A stretch of 64,000 bases of DNA, taken from the human T2T-CHM13v2.0 reference genome, Homo sapiens. The notes under the pieces were generated by a model. That model saw only the letters and a program-made list of their open reading frames with translations, ran no database searches and was not told the DNA's origin. This document shows, one piece after another, positions 1 through 15,892 of the stretch. A program made the position numbers and the translations under genes. Every line of letters starts with the position of its first letter. The stretch's first letter is position 1. The DNA is taken from assembly GCF_009914755.1 (NCBI RefSeq), contig NC_060926.1; one strand, 5' to 3'.

Positions 1-1320
1 AATATTTGTTTCTTGAGCAGCAGCGGGTCCTCTGAGGTGAAGTGGTAAACACTTTTGGCCTATGACTGCAGGTAATAAAAATCTGTCCGGGCTGCCCGAG
101 GGGAGGGGCGCCGGTAAAGCCGTAGCTGCAGCGAAGCCCCGCGTCTGCCGCTGCCGGAGCCTGGCTCTCCTCTTACGCGGGGGACTGCGTGCAATTGGGG
201 CCGACAACTTGCGGTCCCGCCTTGGGACGCATGCTTGCTCGAGAGCTGGGGCTGCAGGGTGCAGTGGGACAGTAGGACCGCGAAAGCCTGGGCTTCGAGC
301 CTCGGGCTCCCTGTCTTTAGGCGAAGTGCGGTTTCCACGGGTGCAGGTTTCGCTGCATAAGGGAAGACTCAGATTTCGAGCCCTCGGCAGGCCAGCTTCT
401 AGCTCTCTGTCCCTTCCGGGTCTCTCCGGTTGCTTCTGTCTTTCCTCCTCCCTCTCCCGTCGCAATCCCGCGCCCCACGGAGGAAGGTCGTGGTGCGGGA
501 GTTGGGGGATACTTTCTTCCTGGGCTCGGTCTACGCAGACCCATCGCCTGCCTCGAGTTCCTGTGCCCTCAGACGCCACGGGAAAACTTGCAGGGACATC
601 TAGCGCCAGGCGTGGGGAACTGCGCGCCGCCGGGCCGGGAAGTGGAGCCGAACACTGCCCCTCCGCCTCCCTTTCGGCTCCCCCCCTTCGTGCTTGGGCA
701 CTTTCCTCACCTTCATCCCTTTGCCCTGCCGGTAAGGACAATGTGGATTCCCCATAGAGACAATGGACTCTGCGGAATGGAGATAGGTAGGTAGACAGAC
801 ATTTTCTTTTATCTCAAGCTACCGACAGAGTGAGAATTTACTGGACTTCCCAGTAGTTTTGCTAGGGAAGTGTATTCCAAGGACAACCCCTCACCTTGAA
901 ATGTCGGATAAAACTTCAGCAAATTAGGGTCCCAGCTTTTATTTTCCAAAAAAAGGCAACAAGTTACTCTGGGCCTCTGGCTCCTGCCCCACCCTCCTGC
1001 GTCCCTTTCACAGTGAGATTAGTGCTTCTCTTCAAAGGAAAGAATCCTCACTGTGTTTAATTTTTTCCAAGGCTGGAGAAGTTCTCTCCATCCCAAAGAA
1101 GGGCCCGCTGTCCTGCATGAGGCAAACCTGGTTCCACCAAATAATGTTTCTGATTTGGAGGGGGTTTGGAACTGTTGTTGCTGCAAACGATTTTCATTTG
1201 ATAAAGCCTAATCGTGTTGTGAAACCCAAACGGAATATGTCTCAAAGGTAGAAAGTACTCAAATGTGGCTTCCACTGTCTAGCTGTTGCTAGGGTCCCCT
1301 TTTTTCACAATAGGTTTGGT

Positions 1321-1346
1321 TTGTTGTTGTTGTTGTTGTTGTTGTT
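1321..1346. repeat. (TTG)n microsatellite
   Basis: Direct reading, ~8 units. Confidence 0.9.
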
Positions 1347-4300
1347 TCTTTTGATATCTCCAGGCTGAGTAAAACTGGGTGTTGCCTGGAGAGGGAAAAT
1401 TAGCTCCAAAGTTGGCAGAACACAGATTTGGTTAAGAACACTGTCCAGCCACTTCTGCTAGACTTAAGATTTTACTTTGGAATTAAGACTCTATTTCTAC
1501 ACCGAATATTTGGCTTCTTACAAGTTAATTAGGAGGGTGTCCTGCACTTCCTGATCTTGGCCATCAAGACAAGTGCTTTCAAAGGAGTCCCCAGGACCCC
1601 ACTCTGATAGAATCCTGTGATCCTGGCCTTAATGGCCACTGATTATGTGGTTAATTGAGCTCATTGCTGTCTTGGCAAGCAGAGCAACTTCAATAAATCT
1701 AAATCACAGCCTGTATCTGCCCATTCCCCCAAACCAGGACAAGAGCAAAATTTGAAAGATCATCTACTAGGTTGAAAGGAGAGAATATGACTTCCAGAAC
1801 AGCACTGATGCTTAAAAAGGATGCCTCTGGAAGAAAAGGAGGAAGAGGAGCAAGTGATGGGAGAATACAGTGGGACTTTGGGCACCATGGGGTCATCCTG
1901 AGTTTTTCACCAAAATCAGGAACAGCGGCAAAACTGGTTTCACTGAAGAAGACACACGTTTGGAGACATGTGTAGTCTCCAAGGATTCTCACTTAACAAA
2001 GCCTATTTCTGTTGTTAAAAACCCCTGCATAATGCACCCACACACAAACACAAGGCTTGGTCTGTGTTCCTGGCCACCTAAAGAAACTGATTCCCAGTAA
2101 GTTTAAACCTGAATGAAATGTTTCTGCAAATTCAGCCTCAAAATTCCTCCTCTACCTGGCATCCCTGGCTTGTAAACTATGTGTCTCATTAGTTCATAAA
2201 CAAAGCAGCCCTGACTTTGCCTTGTACTCAACCACAGCCCTAGGAGCCAGTAGAATTTGTCCAGAGGTGCTGGGCTTTGGAGCCCAAGTGGACAAAGTCA
2301 GACCCCCTTTCCTCAGGGCAAAGCCCTCCCACAGGGCTGGGACCCCAAAGGCTATGCTGGAAGCAGGTTCAGCAGCAGGATATCAAGGGGCAAAGCTCCT
2401 AATTCAAAATCTTCCTGGCTTCTGAACAACCATTAGGATGGACAGAGAAAACTTTTGCCCTGCTCTGAGAGGGTCCCACAGGGCTTTTGGAAGCAGAGCC
2501 ACCATTGAGAAATCCCTTTCAACCTGAGTAGTAATTCAGATTTTTCTCCCACTCCTGCACAACTTAATTTGCTGAATGGAAAATTCAGCCAGAAGTGATG
2601 GGCTGCTTGAAATCAACAAAACTTGACACATTCTTCCCATTTTCATTTTACTTTATTGTTAAACACATAATTGATCATTAAAATGTACTTATCAGTGAGA
2701 AAATGAAGCAGAAGCCCAAGGCACAAAACCACAGGGATATTTAATTTTAAGAGACTGAAAGTTTGTTGGTTCTACTTATATCTTAGAAATATTTCAACGA
2801 ATTTGTTTTTTGGAGTCATAAAAAGTTAAAACTATCTTCATGTTTTCTCTGTCTGAGGAAGAAAAAATGAGACAAAGGGAAAATAAAAGCATTTCATGGT
2901 GGCCCATGGTTGGTGGTTTGGTACCAAAATTGTTTCACAAAGACCCAGCCAAACCCTCTTTAAAAGTTAGCAATCCTGTCGCCTCGCCACAGTTGGCCTT
3001 TTTAAAATGCTGGTTGAACTTTCATTGCTGACTTTTGCCTTCTTTTCCCAAATAGTGAAAAAAATTTTCTCATCAGCAAACTTCTATTCCCTATGATTTC
3101 CTGTAAATTCAGGCCCCTCCCATCTCAAATTTGATCATGAACATGTCTAGAACTTCAAAACGATGAAACGAATTCTCTTGCTTTTCCTTTCCAACACCCC
3201 TCTCATAACTTTCCCCTTTATTTGAGCCTTTTATGGTTACTGCGTTTTGCATGTCAACACTCCTAACACCAGCAGCCTACCCTGAAATGCCAGGCCAGGC
3301 CAAGGAGGGCCTTCCTGGCTCTCTTCCTCATCTTACTCAGGGCATCTTTGGTCGGGGAACAGTGGTGCTGGGTGACAAGCTTTCACCAATCACAGGCTTA
3401 GGGGAGTGATTTTCTTGGAGATGGGCTGGCTTGGGGAGTGCATGCCACAGAACCAAATGGGCTCTGAAGGATCCCATATCCACCCCCAGAACCCTGGGCT
3501 CATTGGATCTAATATTGTTCCTAAGGCAGAGCCCCAAAGTCACAGCAGGACTCTCATTGGTGCCCCATTAGTTGCTGAGATTGAGGGATGGTGGGCTGGA
3601 GCTCTGAGGCTGAGGAGCAACAGAAAGGGATGATGAGGGACAGGGCTGTAATTCCTAACACCCTGGCAGCTTGGTTCCAGAGCTGGACCTAGCCCCACCA
3701 GCACTGCCCTGAGCCCACCTAACCCCTTGAAGTCAGACCGTTTCTCTGGGCTGCTCCTATCACAAAATCCGAATTTGCTTGGAACAAGCGCCCTCTTAAT
3801 TTGCCCCTCTCAGTTCTCTGCAGTTGACAGCTTGGAAAAGGAAGCGAAACAAAGGTCCCTGGGAAAGTGAAGTTTTCAATTAATTTGGTGTGAGGAACGG
3901 GCAGGAGTGGGTGGTGACTGCAAAATGCGAGGCCGGTCGGCTGCTGGAGAGACACAGAAGTTTCACGGTGGGAGGCTGAGTGGCTTTCTCCCCCGGCGCC
4001 GTTCTCAGGGTCTTTCTGCGGGTCGAAGAAGGACCCGCGGGAGCTGAGAGGCCCAGGTCGGAAGCACTCCCGGCTGGCCCAAGAGTAGAGGCGAAGAGCG
4101 TTGAGTAGGCATCCATGGACTTTTCTTTCTGGGACAGATTGTCAGGCTCACTGCGCCGATGCCTGTCTTTCATCTGTTTAAGTCTCTGCCGCCAGCCCCA
4201 AGGGCGCTTCATGGGCATTTTCCGAACGGACAGCGTGTGTGTATAGGAAGGGTCTGCTCCAATGCCTCTTACCTGTGTGAAATGCCTTTGCCGGGTACCA

Positions 4301-4710
4301 GTGCACAAGGTAGGGCAAATTAGCTCACTCGGATTTGGGGTCTAGAAGTCGACTAACTGAGGGATTCAGCAACAGGATAAAAAAATGGGCCTGTTTTCAC
4401 ATCATTCTGATCATCTCTGTCCTTCGTCTTCATTTTGCTGTGCAACTCGGGGAGCCGAGGAGAGGTGGCAAAAACAGCGGTTGCCGAGACAAGGCGCAGG
4501 CCTTGGCGCCGGCCTCAGTCGCAGACAGGGCCTGGGATGGGCCGTCGCGCAATCAACTCGTGGGGGTGGCTGCAGCGCGTACGCCTGGGTCGGGGGGGAG
4601 GGCGGGAATGGGAGGTGGACCCAGCAAGGGGCAGGAGAGGGGTGGGGGCCGGAGTGGGTGGGTCCAGCCAGGCCTGGGCCGGGAGCCAGGCTCCCCCGCG
4701 TTCCTACCCC

Positions 4711-5857
<1,147 letters not shown>

Positions 5858-6482
5858 TAAGAGTATGCGCCCCTACTTGGGAGTGGGAGTTGTGCCTGTG
5901 CTCCACACGTGACCAGGGTTAACCCAGTGGAAATTTGTCCAGTTCGTGTGAAATCTGTAAATTCCTCCTCTGATTTCAACTGCCTCCGTCACTGCCCTTT
6001 CTTTCCTGTGTGCAGCGCAGACACGTTTTTCTCCTAAAGTTGAGAGTCTCTGCGTGCCCTTTCCTTGGGCCTCTCCCTTTTCTCCTAAAGAGACCTTTTT
6101 CCTAAGAAACCTGACAGAGTTGGGTCCCCCCATTTTCAAAGACATCACTGCCCCAAGATGACTACTAAAGCTTGTTAGATCAAGCTCACGAACTCCTAAC
6201 ATAGGAACGCGGGAAATCAAAATTTGAGCAAAAGACCTGAGTTGGTATGTGTCTATGTATGTAAGTTTGTTTTTATACAACCGACATTTGCAGAAACTGT
6301 CCTCATGAACGTGCCCAATAACCACACCATAAAATTGCAAGCTTGTTAAGATGCCGGTTTGAGAAACTATGATAATCAATCAAATTAACCATTGTTGTTA
6401 AGTGCAAATAATCCTTCTTTAATAACAGGTAAGTGTTATGTCTATGTACATAATAAAGACCAAACAGCATGGCATTTTTTAA

Positions 6483-6851
<369 letters not shown>

Positions 6852-8036
6852 TGTGGTCCAGGTTGGCCACAGACAGCTTAGAAGCCATTCGGTTGTCTCC
6901 AAAAGGCCTTTGGAAAGACTTGAATATGTATTTAATTCCCCCCACCCCCTGCCAATGGTGGCAAATTTTGTGAATTGTTTTTCTCTCTTCCCCTTATCTG
7001 GCTCTAAAACCTTCTGCTGCCCAACCTGACTTTGTAGTTCTGATTTTTACTTGTTTATTATTGGTTTTGTTCTTGCCTAGGGTTTTTAAAATATCTGTTT
7101 TTAATGTTTTGTTTCTCCCTCCAGGCCAGTATAAAGGGACTTGAAGTATTTTTTAATAATCCGCCCCCCAATGAACTTCAGAAGTGCCATTCTGATTTAA
7201 GGGTTTTTTTAAAAAATTACTTTATTTGTTCATTCCCAGCACTGATTATCTTCATAATCCATTAGGACAGAATGGTTTTCAGTCGTTCATATCCTGTAAT
7301 TAGGTAATTGAATCATTAGCTCTCAGCAGTTGCCCTGAGGCAAGTGGAAAGGCAGGCAGTGCTCTGGGGTCACCGAGAAAGTCTAAAAACAGGAGGCTGA
7401 AGGTACTGTGATGGCTTTAAAAATGGCCACCTTATTAAATAGGGATTGTATCAATATTGAAATGAAGACAATCTTTCCAACTTTGGGTGTTTCACTTGCT
7501 GTTTTAATTGTTTGTTTTTAACACTTTGTAGGTTTGTGTTTTCATAATCTTTAATTTGAAACTCATGTGTCCTCATGGATCGTGGATGCCTTCATTTCTT
7601 GAGCTCTCAATGCAGACATTTAAATGGCTGCAATCAGTAGAGTGACCCGCGGATGGCATAAATGCACCTCCTTTTCTTGGCCTTGGATCTATGGGTCTGG
7701 GATTGTGGTCATCTCCTCAATCCTCAAAAAGAGGCTGAATCAATGTGGCCGTGGGTGGGAACTTACATACAGAACCCAATGAAGAACTTGACTGTCTAAA
7801 CAAGGGGGCCTCGCATGGAGCTGTAAAGCATCTAACAAATATGAAAAATGTGAAGTTCCAAGGTCCAAGAAGAAAAATAATGATGTTTCTGAAAGTGATG
7901 ATAAATAATTACTTTTAAAGTGCTGCATATTTATACAATTGAGAGATTATTTTTGTAAATGCAATGTCTGTGAGCTGGGATACATGGGCAGTGCTTCAGA
8001 CATTTAAAAATCACTTTTTACTCCTAGGGAGATGCC

Positions 8037-8042
8037 AATAAA
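8037..8042 (+). terminator. Probable HOXD13 polyadenylation signal
   Basis: AATAAA followed by T/GT-rich sequence, ~1.2 kb after the stop. Confidence 0.7.
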
Positions 8043-10639
8043 CAGAACTCTTTTGTTTCTTCTGAGTCCTTATACATTTGTTTTATTTTTTCAAGTTTGT
8101 GTTTCTTCTTGAAACGATTCTTATTTATTACAAAATCTTGGTATCTTGAACACAATTATGTTCTCTATAGATGAAGGAAACTCAACACTAATTCTGGTTT
8201 CTGGAACCTTCATGCTCTCCACTTTTGCCCCCCTCCCTCCCTTTTGCCCATGACTTTAACATAAGTAGTGATGTTTTAAAATGAGGATATCATTTACAGT
8301 GTTTAAAATGATATTTTATACCAGGCCAGCTCAAAAGACAATAAAATTTTACTTTTCTTTCACTATTGTCAATTTATTTATATAGTTCTATTTATTTTTT
8401 AATCCATATGTATTTGTATGCCTGTGCATAGAAAAACTTACTCACTTGAAAATTTTCAACCTGGAAAGACCATTATAAACATCTGGACTAGGAAGGTCTT
8501 GAAATTAGAAAGACATACCCATATTTGGCAATCGAAAAAGAAACATTTCAAGCTTATCCCATATCGCCTTCTCCGGGCAGTCTGCACAGAGCAGTTGACA
8601 ACTGAAAACATAAAACCTAAACTTTCAGACGCAATTTTTAGGCACTAGAATTTTCTGTTTGAGGCCTTTTTGCCACTCAGGGAAATGGCCGATGAGGAAC
8701 TGGATGACTCCTCATGGTTAGCTCCCCACACAATCAACTCAGTGGTTGCTAAAGTTTTAGTGTGTAAGTTAGTTACATAGTGATATTTAAAACCTCACTT
8801 AGTGTGAAAACTCTCCTGGTGGGAGGGCTCCCTCATGACTTTGAGAGAGAAAACGCAGAGACCTAAGACTTGGAGCTACTTTCGTTTTCCCTGTCCCAGC
8901 TTGATTTCTTTCATATCTTACTGGCGACCGTGGACAGCTAACTTCGATTTTGAGGGGGAGGGACAGAGACAGAGAAACAGAGAGAGATATGATCGCGATT
9001 CAATCTTTGCAGAAGAAATAACCCGTGCACAAGGGGCCACACCATCCCCCACCTTACACTTCGGGAAGGGTCGTTACCGTTTTTGTGGTTTTTCTCAAAA
9101 GATGTGTTTTCATCAGAAACGGGCACATTTTTCCTTTCTCCTAATCGCCAACTTCCCCTCCATTTTTTGTGAGTCCCACACTCCGGAGCTTCACTCCATT
9201 TCCCCTGTCTATTTCTCGGGTTTCCCATCGTGGGTAGGGGAGATTGCCTCGAGGCTTTCCTTTCATCTCTAGTTTGCATGTCACTTCCCCCCCTCCCCCC
9301 GCCTTGGAGAAATGGTAGGTTTGCTGAAGATTAAAACTGTGCTCAAACGCTCTCTGGAGGAATTTGGATTGAGGGCTAAATCAATAACAGAAGAAGGCTT
9401 TGTTATTCATATGCATTCCCTTTATATTCCAAATTGCAGAGGGAGGAGAGGAACTGGTAAGTGGCCCAGGCACTGGGAGGGAGGCCCTCGGGGAACCCGG
9501 AAGGCTAAGGGGGCTTGGAGAGAGGCCTTTCCTTCGGTTGGAGACAGGCGGCAGGAGAGCTCCTCAGAAACCCGGCAGGTTTTTAGCGCCGCGGGTGGGG
9601 GAACGAGGTCCCCGTGTCGCGTGATTCAAGAGGCGAAGGAAGCATTGGAGCCGGGACTCACGGTCAGACAAAGGGGCGACTGCAGTGCTTCCCCGCCTCT
9701 GGCAGCCCCCTGGGTCCCTCTGGCTCCGCTGTCAGGGGCGGCCTTGCCGCCAAGATCTCCGGCTTTCGGAGGCGCTAGGCTGCGTCTGAAAGCGGGCTGG
9801 CGACCCCAGGGAGGCCGCACCGCCCTTCACTGTTGATCTTGACCGTGCGGCTGCGCCCCGATAGGCATGGAGCGCGCTCGCCATCTCCTGGGCATTGGGC
9901 GGCATTGGCAGAGCTCTCTATTCGCTCCTCAGCCAAATCCTGTTCCATTCTCTTAATCACCAGCCAAGCCACTCTCCCGCCACTACTTTCCACCCCGATC
10001 CTCCCTCGATCAGGTTCCCCAGCTCGCATAAGACTTTGCCTGCCAGACCTCGAAAGTCATAAACCCGGGGGATGAAGTGGGAAGACTGTCCAAGGAGCAA
10101 TGGAGGGAACCTAGTTGTTCTTGTTTTTCCTGTTTTTCACTGAGTTCTTTTATGCCTTTAGTCCTGAGGCGCAAACAGCTGTTGTAGGGCTGCCTAAAGG
10201 TCCGAAAGAGACACCCCTCGGCTTGGAAATAACGAGGAATCGTCGTGCACTGAAACGTGAGGAGAGACTGCAGGGACCCCTGGAGCTGGAGCTTTCGGGA
10301 GTAACGAAGCTGCAGCTCCTCGAAAATAGGATGGGTTCCCCAAAATAAGAGCTCTTAGGGATCTGAGGCTTGTATTCCCTTGAGTATCTAGGAACTGGGA
10401 TTGCAGTTTGTGCTTGCCCCCACCTCCCAAGAGAGGACGAGAGCGAGTGAGTCTCTATGCCTGGGCTCCTAAGGAAACTCTCTGGCAGAGCCAGAGGAGC
10501 CCCAGACATCCCCACCCCCCCGTCCTCACTCCCTCTCTCCCCCCCACCAGAGCAGGAGGAAGAGGCCGATTGCGTTCCCCAGAGCCACCCAATTGGTCGC
10601 CATAACTCACACAATAAAGTGGCAGCGCGGCGGTCAGTC

Positions 10640-10653
10640 TTGCCCTCCGGCGG
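10640..10653 (-). promoter_or_regulatory. Candidate CTCF site between D13 and D12 (reverse orientation)
   Basis: Minus strand CCGCCGGAGGGCAA versus consensus CCASYAGRKGGCRS. Confidence 0.55.
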
Positions 10654-11922
10654 CGCCTGTGTGGTCTCAGTGCAGGAGCCCGCGATCTAACCAATTCCAG
10701 CTTGGCTCGGAGACCGAGGGTCCTGCTGCAGGCTGAGACTGGCGCCGGTCACCGGGTCTCCCAGGGTCTTGGGATCAGAGGCAGGAGGGGAGGACCCCTA
10801 GTCCTCTGGCCGGACTAGGCAAGAGGGCCAGCGACGGGGTCTGAGCACACCGCTCCCGGCTAAGAACTGCTGCCTTTCCCACTTCCCTGTTTGTCAGACC
10901 CGTGAACTCCCTATCCCCGGCACCCCTGGGGGCGCTGAGGCAAGGAACTCTGCTAGCCAGCTGCCTCCGAACGCCCGCTGTTCCCCGGCCAGGTGGTTCT
11001 GGCTCTTCTGCCTTTCCACACCCAGTCGGGGGAGTTCGTCCTGCTTTGCCCTCCACTTGGTGGATGGGGACACCTCGGAGTTCTGGTTTGCAGTGTGTAG
11101 TCCTGGAGAGGACTCCTGAAGATAAAAGGAATGTAGCCTTTGGCCACGATTGGTGGATCGAGCTGATGGGTTCCCTGGCGGACATTCTCCATGGACCTGT
11201 ATGGCAATTTCCCTATGATCAGAGTTCTTAGCCATGGGGACACAAACCAGAAATAGTGTGGCCTCCTTCCTGGATCCCAAAATTGGGTAGTTTGTGATGC
11301 CCTTTTTGTGTCTGCGGCCTGGGACTGAGGGCTCAAGTAGCGAATGGGTCTTTGCTGCCAGATCCTCAGGCAGAGGTCTCTGGAGAAACCCTCTCTGTGG
11401 GAGTGATTGGGGTAAAAGTGACATTGCTCAGGCCAAGGGACAGAGCTCCTGGTGCCGCCGGACCGCGCCCTCTCCGGATAAGTCGAGAGGCGCCGGTTAA
11501 TGGAAAATGCCTCCGCTGCAACTTAAAGCCGGTAGAAGCAAGCCGGGCCCAGAAAGCCTGCGGAAAACGAATCGCAAAGCCAATCACGACCAAGAAGAGT
11601 CCCAGGGGACACTTGGGCAGAGTCACCCTCTTGCCCGATGTCCCCAGCTGCTGAAGCCGGGCCTGGAAACCCGCAGACAGTTAGTCTTCGCTCAACCTGA
11701 TTTGGCTCTGCTGGCAGCCTCGTCCTTCGCCATCGAACATTGCGGGTGTTATCATAATACTCTGAAGGGGGGGAAAACGGGTCGGGGGGATGTAGGCGGT
11801 GCTGAAATGACCGGCTTTGAAGAACCTGCAGGCAAAGTTTCGTCCAATCGTCTGAGCCTGTCCTCTTATTCCCGGTTGTAACTAAATACTGTTGCGAGCG
11901 CAGCCGAAGCCCTTTGTTGGAG

Positions 11923-12496
11923 ATGTGTGAGCGCAGTCTCTACAGAGCGGGCTATGTGGGCTCGCTTCTGAATCTGCAGTCGCCAGACTCTTTCTACTTC
12001 TCCAACCTGAGGCCGAATGGCGGCCAGTTGGCCGCGCTTCCCCCTATCTCCTACCCGCGCGGCGCGCTGCCCTGGGCCGCCACGCCCGCCTCCTGCGCCC
12101 CCGCGCAGCCTGCGGGCGCCACTGCCTTCGGCGGCTTCTCGCAGCCCTACCTGGCTGGCTCCGGGCCTCTCGGCCTGCAGCCCCCAACAGCCAAAGACGG
12201 ACCCGAAGAGCAGGCTAAGTTCTATGCGCCCGAAGCGGCCGCTGGGCCAGAGGAGCGCGGTCGTACCCGGCCGTCCTTCGCCCCCGAGTCTAGCCTGGCT
12301 CCTGCAGTGGCTGCTCTCAAAGCGGCCAAGTATGACTACGCTGGTGTGGGTCGTGCCACGCCGGGCTCCACGACCCTGCTCCAGGGGGCTCCCTGCGCCC
12401 CTGGCTTCAAGGACGACACCAAGGGCCCGCTCAACTTGAACATGACAGTGCAGGCGGCGGGCGTTGCCTCTTGCCTGCGACCTTCACTGCCCGACG
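11923..12496 (+). CDS. HOXD12: Homeobox protein Hox-D12, coding exon 1
   Basis: ATG at 11923 ([30 protein letters not shown], a Hox12 N-terminus). Donor ACG|GTAAAC after 12496; 574 nt. Confidence 0.97.
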
Positions 12497-12642
12497 GTAA
12501 ACGGTGCCCATGCTCCCCGGGCCGGTTTGGGCCGGGATGGGAGGTGGGGTTCAAGGGAGAGTGTAAGGGGAGGTGAACCGCCTGGGGGCGGGCAATAGAC
12601 AGAGTACGGGCTGGGTTGACGTGGGTTGGGGCTGTGTTGCAG

Positions 12643-12881
12643 GCCTGCCGTGGGGGGCGGCCCCGGGGAGGGCCCGCAAGAAGCGGAAACCCTACACGAA
12701 GCAGCAGATTGCGGAGTTGGAGAACGAATTCCTCGTCAACGAATTCATCAACAGGCAGAAACGCAAGGAATTGTCCAATAGGCTGAACCTCAGCGACCAG
12801 CAAGTCAAAATCTGGTTCCAGAACAGGCGTATGAAGAAGAAGCGCGTGGTGCTTCGGGAGCAGGCGCTGGCGCTCTACTAG
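12643..12881 (+). CDS. HOXD12: Hox-D12 coding exon 2 (homeodomain)
   Basis: Acceptor tgttgcag ends at 12642. Encodes GLPW...[18 protein letters not shown]...[16 protein letters not shown] ending 12881. Total 813 nt = 270 aa. Confidence 0.97.
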
Positions 12882-14586
12882 CCGCGCGCGTGGCCAGGGC
12901 CGGGTTGGATCTGCCCTTTTGGACAGAGGCCTTGTTTGGGGAGGGGGATCTGGGGCTAAGGCTAAGGCTTTTCCTTCGGTTCCTTCTCTGCTGGCCCCAG
13001 AAGCCACCAAGAGATTTACAGACCAGGCCAGTTGGGCCTCCTTGCTTTCCTCAGTCCCTGAGAAGCCCGTGAGAAACGTGCGGAAGTACCAGTGCAACTC
13101 TGGCTGGCCTTAAGGCTTCCACGTTGGGGGACTGAGGCCAACTCTCCTTGCTCCTGGCTGGGGCATTTGCACCCACCGCTCATTCTTGCTCCCCGGTACC
13201 TGGATTTTTCTGTTTCCACCCAATTCGTTCTCCCTTTCCCCCTCTCTCCAGCCCCTTCAGCGTATAGCAGTCGCCTAGTTAGGGCTCAGAGTGGAAGGCC
13301 TCCTGAGGGAATGGAAAGGACTGTGGGTACAATTAGGTCTCTGCAGCAGAAGCCCTTTGTGGCAAGGCCAGGATCTTCACTCTGGAGAAAGGAAAGGGCA
13401 CCATCCACCCTCCACCCTCCTGTCTGCCCTGGCTGATTTGAGAGAACAAAAGCCACACTAGATCTTCAGACTTTGGGAGGAAAAGGGAGGGAAGGGGAGG
13501 GGCTGGGTAGTGGGGTAAACTTGGAGATATCTCGAAATGAGAAATGCGAAATAGGCTGGCCTATTTCCAGCTGGGTAGAATATGTGGAACCTTCATTTCC
13601 TGAGATGGGATGAGAGAGACTGGGACTCCAGACAAGTGCCATCTCCAGACAAGACTGGCAAACATTGCCCTACTCCCACCTTCTCAAACATGCCTAGGCC
13701 AGGCCTATGAACCCTGTAACTGGATCCCCAGAGGCTAGCTCTGGTGAAAGGAGCTGTTGGTCTGCTTTGAAGCTCTGTTGCACAGGGAGAGGGAAAAATA
13801 TCCAGGGGAGGAGAAGGGAGTGAATAAGAGGAGGAGGGGTGCTGCACTCCAACTGTAAATATGGCTTTCCAGTTGAGGTGAGTAAAGGTGTTGGTGCATC
13901 TTTCTTTCTTCAATTACCTTAATGGAACCCCATAAGGATAGGCAAAAATCCTTCTCAAGAGTCAAGGGGAGGGGAAGGAAGTCTCTTAGATTCTCTGCCC
14001 CGCTAGCTGCTCTTGACAAAGCAAAGAGGACCAGAAGTTCCTCTCACCGTCTCTACCATCTGCCAACTCTACCAGAGGCCCAGCTACTGTGCCCCTTCTG
14101 AGGCATGTCTGGCCTGTCCCAGTGGAGACTTTAAGGCCCTGGGCCCTGCCAGGCTTGCCTCATGGAGGCAGGGGTTCCCAAATGCCAGGTGGAGTTGTTC
14201 TGGGTGTACTGGAGTGTCCCGCCTTAATCTCAGTGAACCAAGCCTCCCCCTGCGAGCTCATTCCACTATCCCTGCCTCTTCTCCCCTCTCCTTCTGACAT
14301 GTAGCACTCCTCCTTCGCAATTCCTAGCATGATGCACAACAACTCAAGGATTCAGGATTCCTTCCCAAAGTCCAGTGATTTCTTTTCAGTGCAGGACCTG
14401 GCCCTAAATCTGGAGTGGGCCCCTCACAGAGAGCCCTGAGCCTTAGCCCAACTGACTTCAGTTGATATTTAAACTAATTTCATTTTCTAGGCTATCTAAT
14501 AGTTATCATGCATGTTTTGTTTTGATTTTGTCAAAAACAGTAGCTTGTATATATCAGACACAATATATACAAATGTTTTGAGTGAA

Positions 14587-14592
14587 AATAAA
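14587..14592 (+). terminator. Probable HOXD12 polyadenylation signal
   Basis: First clear AATAAA I found downstream of the HOXD12 stop (~1.7 kb). Confidence 0.5.
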
Positions 14593-15861
14593 TATCCAGG
14601 TCTGAGCCAAGCTGTCAAGGAGCTGAAGTCAATTTTTCAAAATGTTTTGGATTCCACCTTAATGTTTTTCAGGCCACCAAATTCGTTTTTCTTTTCTGGT
14701 TATTGTTTCACCGCGAGTGTTGACTGTTCGTTAAATGAGAAAATGGCTTCCGAGGCAGTCAGGAAATGGTGTGTAAAAGCCTACAAACCAAATATGTTTG
14801 GAATATCCAAAAGGGAAGGACCATGGCAGATCTGAGTGTGTCTCACACATTAAGGGGACTCTCAGCTTGTTGCAAGCTGGGACTTCCACACTTAGCCTAA
14901 ATTCTCAAATTTTAAAGCTTGCTGGTATTCGGGGTCTGTAAAGATTTGAGGTTCTTCAGATGTCAAAACAAAACGTCTGTCTCCACCGAATTTTGGTCTG
15001 ACTTCTCTGGAACCGGCTATGTCCTGCTAAATCCTTGATACCAGCAGGTTTACCAGGCGCCCAGCAGACTCCCTTGGGAAATGGGGCCTCAAAACTCCCT
15101 AGTCCATCTGAACCTCTAGCTTAGTCCAGGAAATTCAGGGCCTGCTTGCTACTCATTTTCTTGCAAAAACAAGCTCCTAGCTGGTGGAGGTGGAAACTAG
15201 CTTTTAGCTAGAGGAAGAATTAGCAAAACCACTAAATCACTAACACTGAATATTCAACATTTCAACTCCCTTTCCCAGAAGCAAATTTGGTGTATAATTG
15301 AAATTTTTAATTGTTCTTTAATTGTATACACACACACAACTATATATACCTATATGTATATATATTCAATAGGAGAGAAAGAAGCAAGAGCTGCCAAGGC
15401 CCTATGGCTCAAAAGGATTCTCCACCTGGCTGGGCACATAGAGGCGATGGTACCCAGAGCAGGATCTCCAAGTCTGAGTCTGCATTCAGAGGTTTGCCTC
15501 CTCAAAAACAACTGAACAAAGGCTGAAGCCGCACTGAGCGCTCGGAAGGCTGGGGAAAGGAGGAGGAAAGCATATGAACTCAGATCCAGGCCTTAAGACA
15601 GAAAACACGGAGGCCGTTTCTTTCCAAAATATATCATTAAATCATCGTGTTCTTTCCCTTTAGCCTGGGATGAGTGGGGGGAGGGGATATTCATGGAGAT
15701 CACTCCTCAAAGAAAATTAAATTATTCTAAATATAAAAGCGTATCTCTTGGTTCAGCAGTCTTTTCCAAATCTATCCCGTTTGCTATTTCACACAAATAC
15801 AAAGACTCTGGTGTCTCCTTCCATAGCCCGGGTTCCCGCAGAGATTTGGAACCACTAGGAA

Positions 15862-15892
<31 letters not shown>

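Noticed and set aside
62-757. 231-aa ORF in the CpG island at the window start
   Set aside because: Low-complexity Arg/Gly/Ser product with no domain, typical of stop-poor GC-rich DNA. No EVX2 coding sequence is seen in the window.
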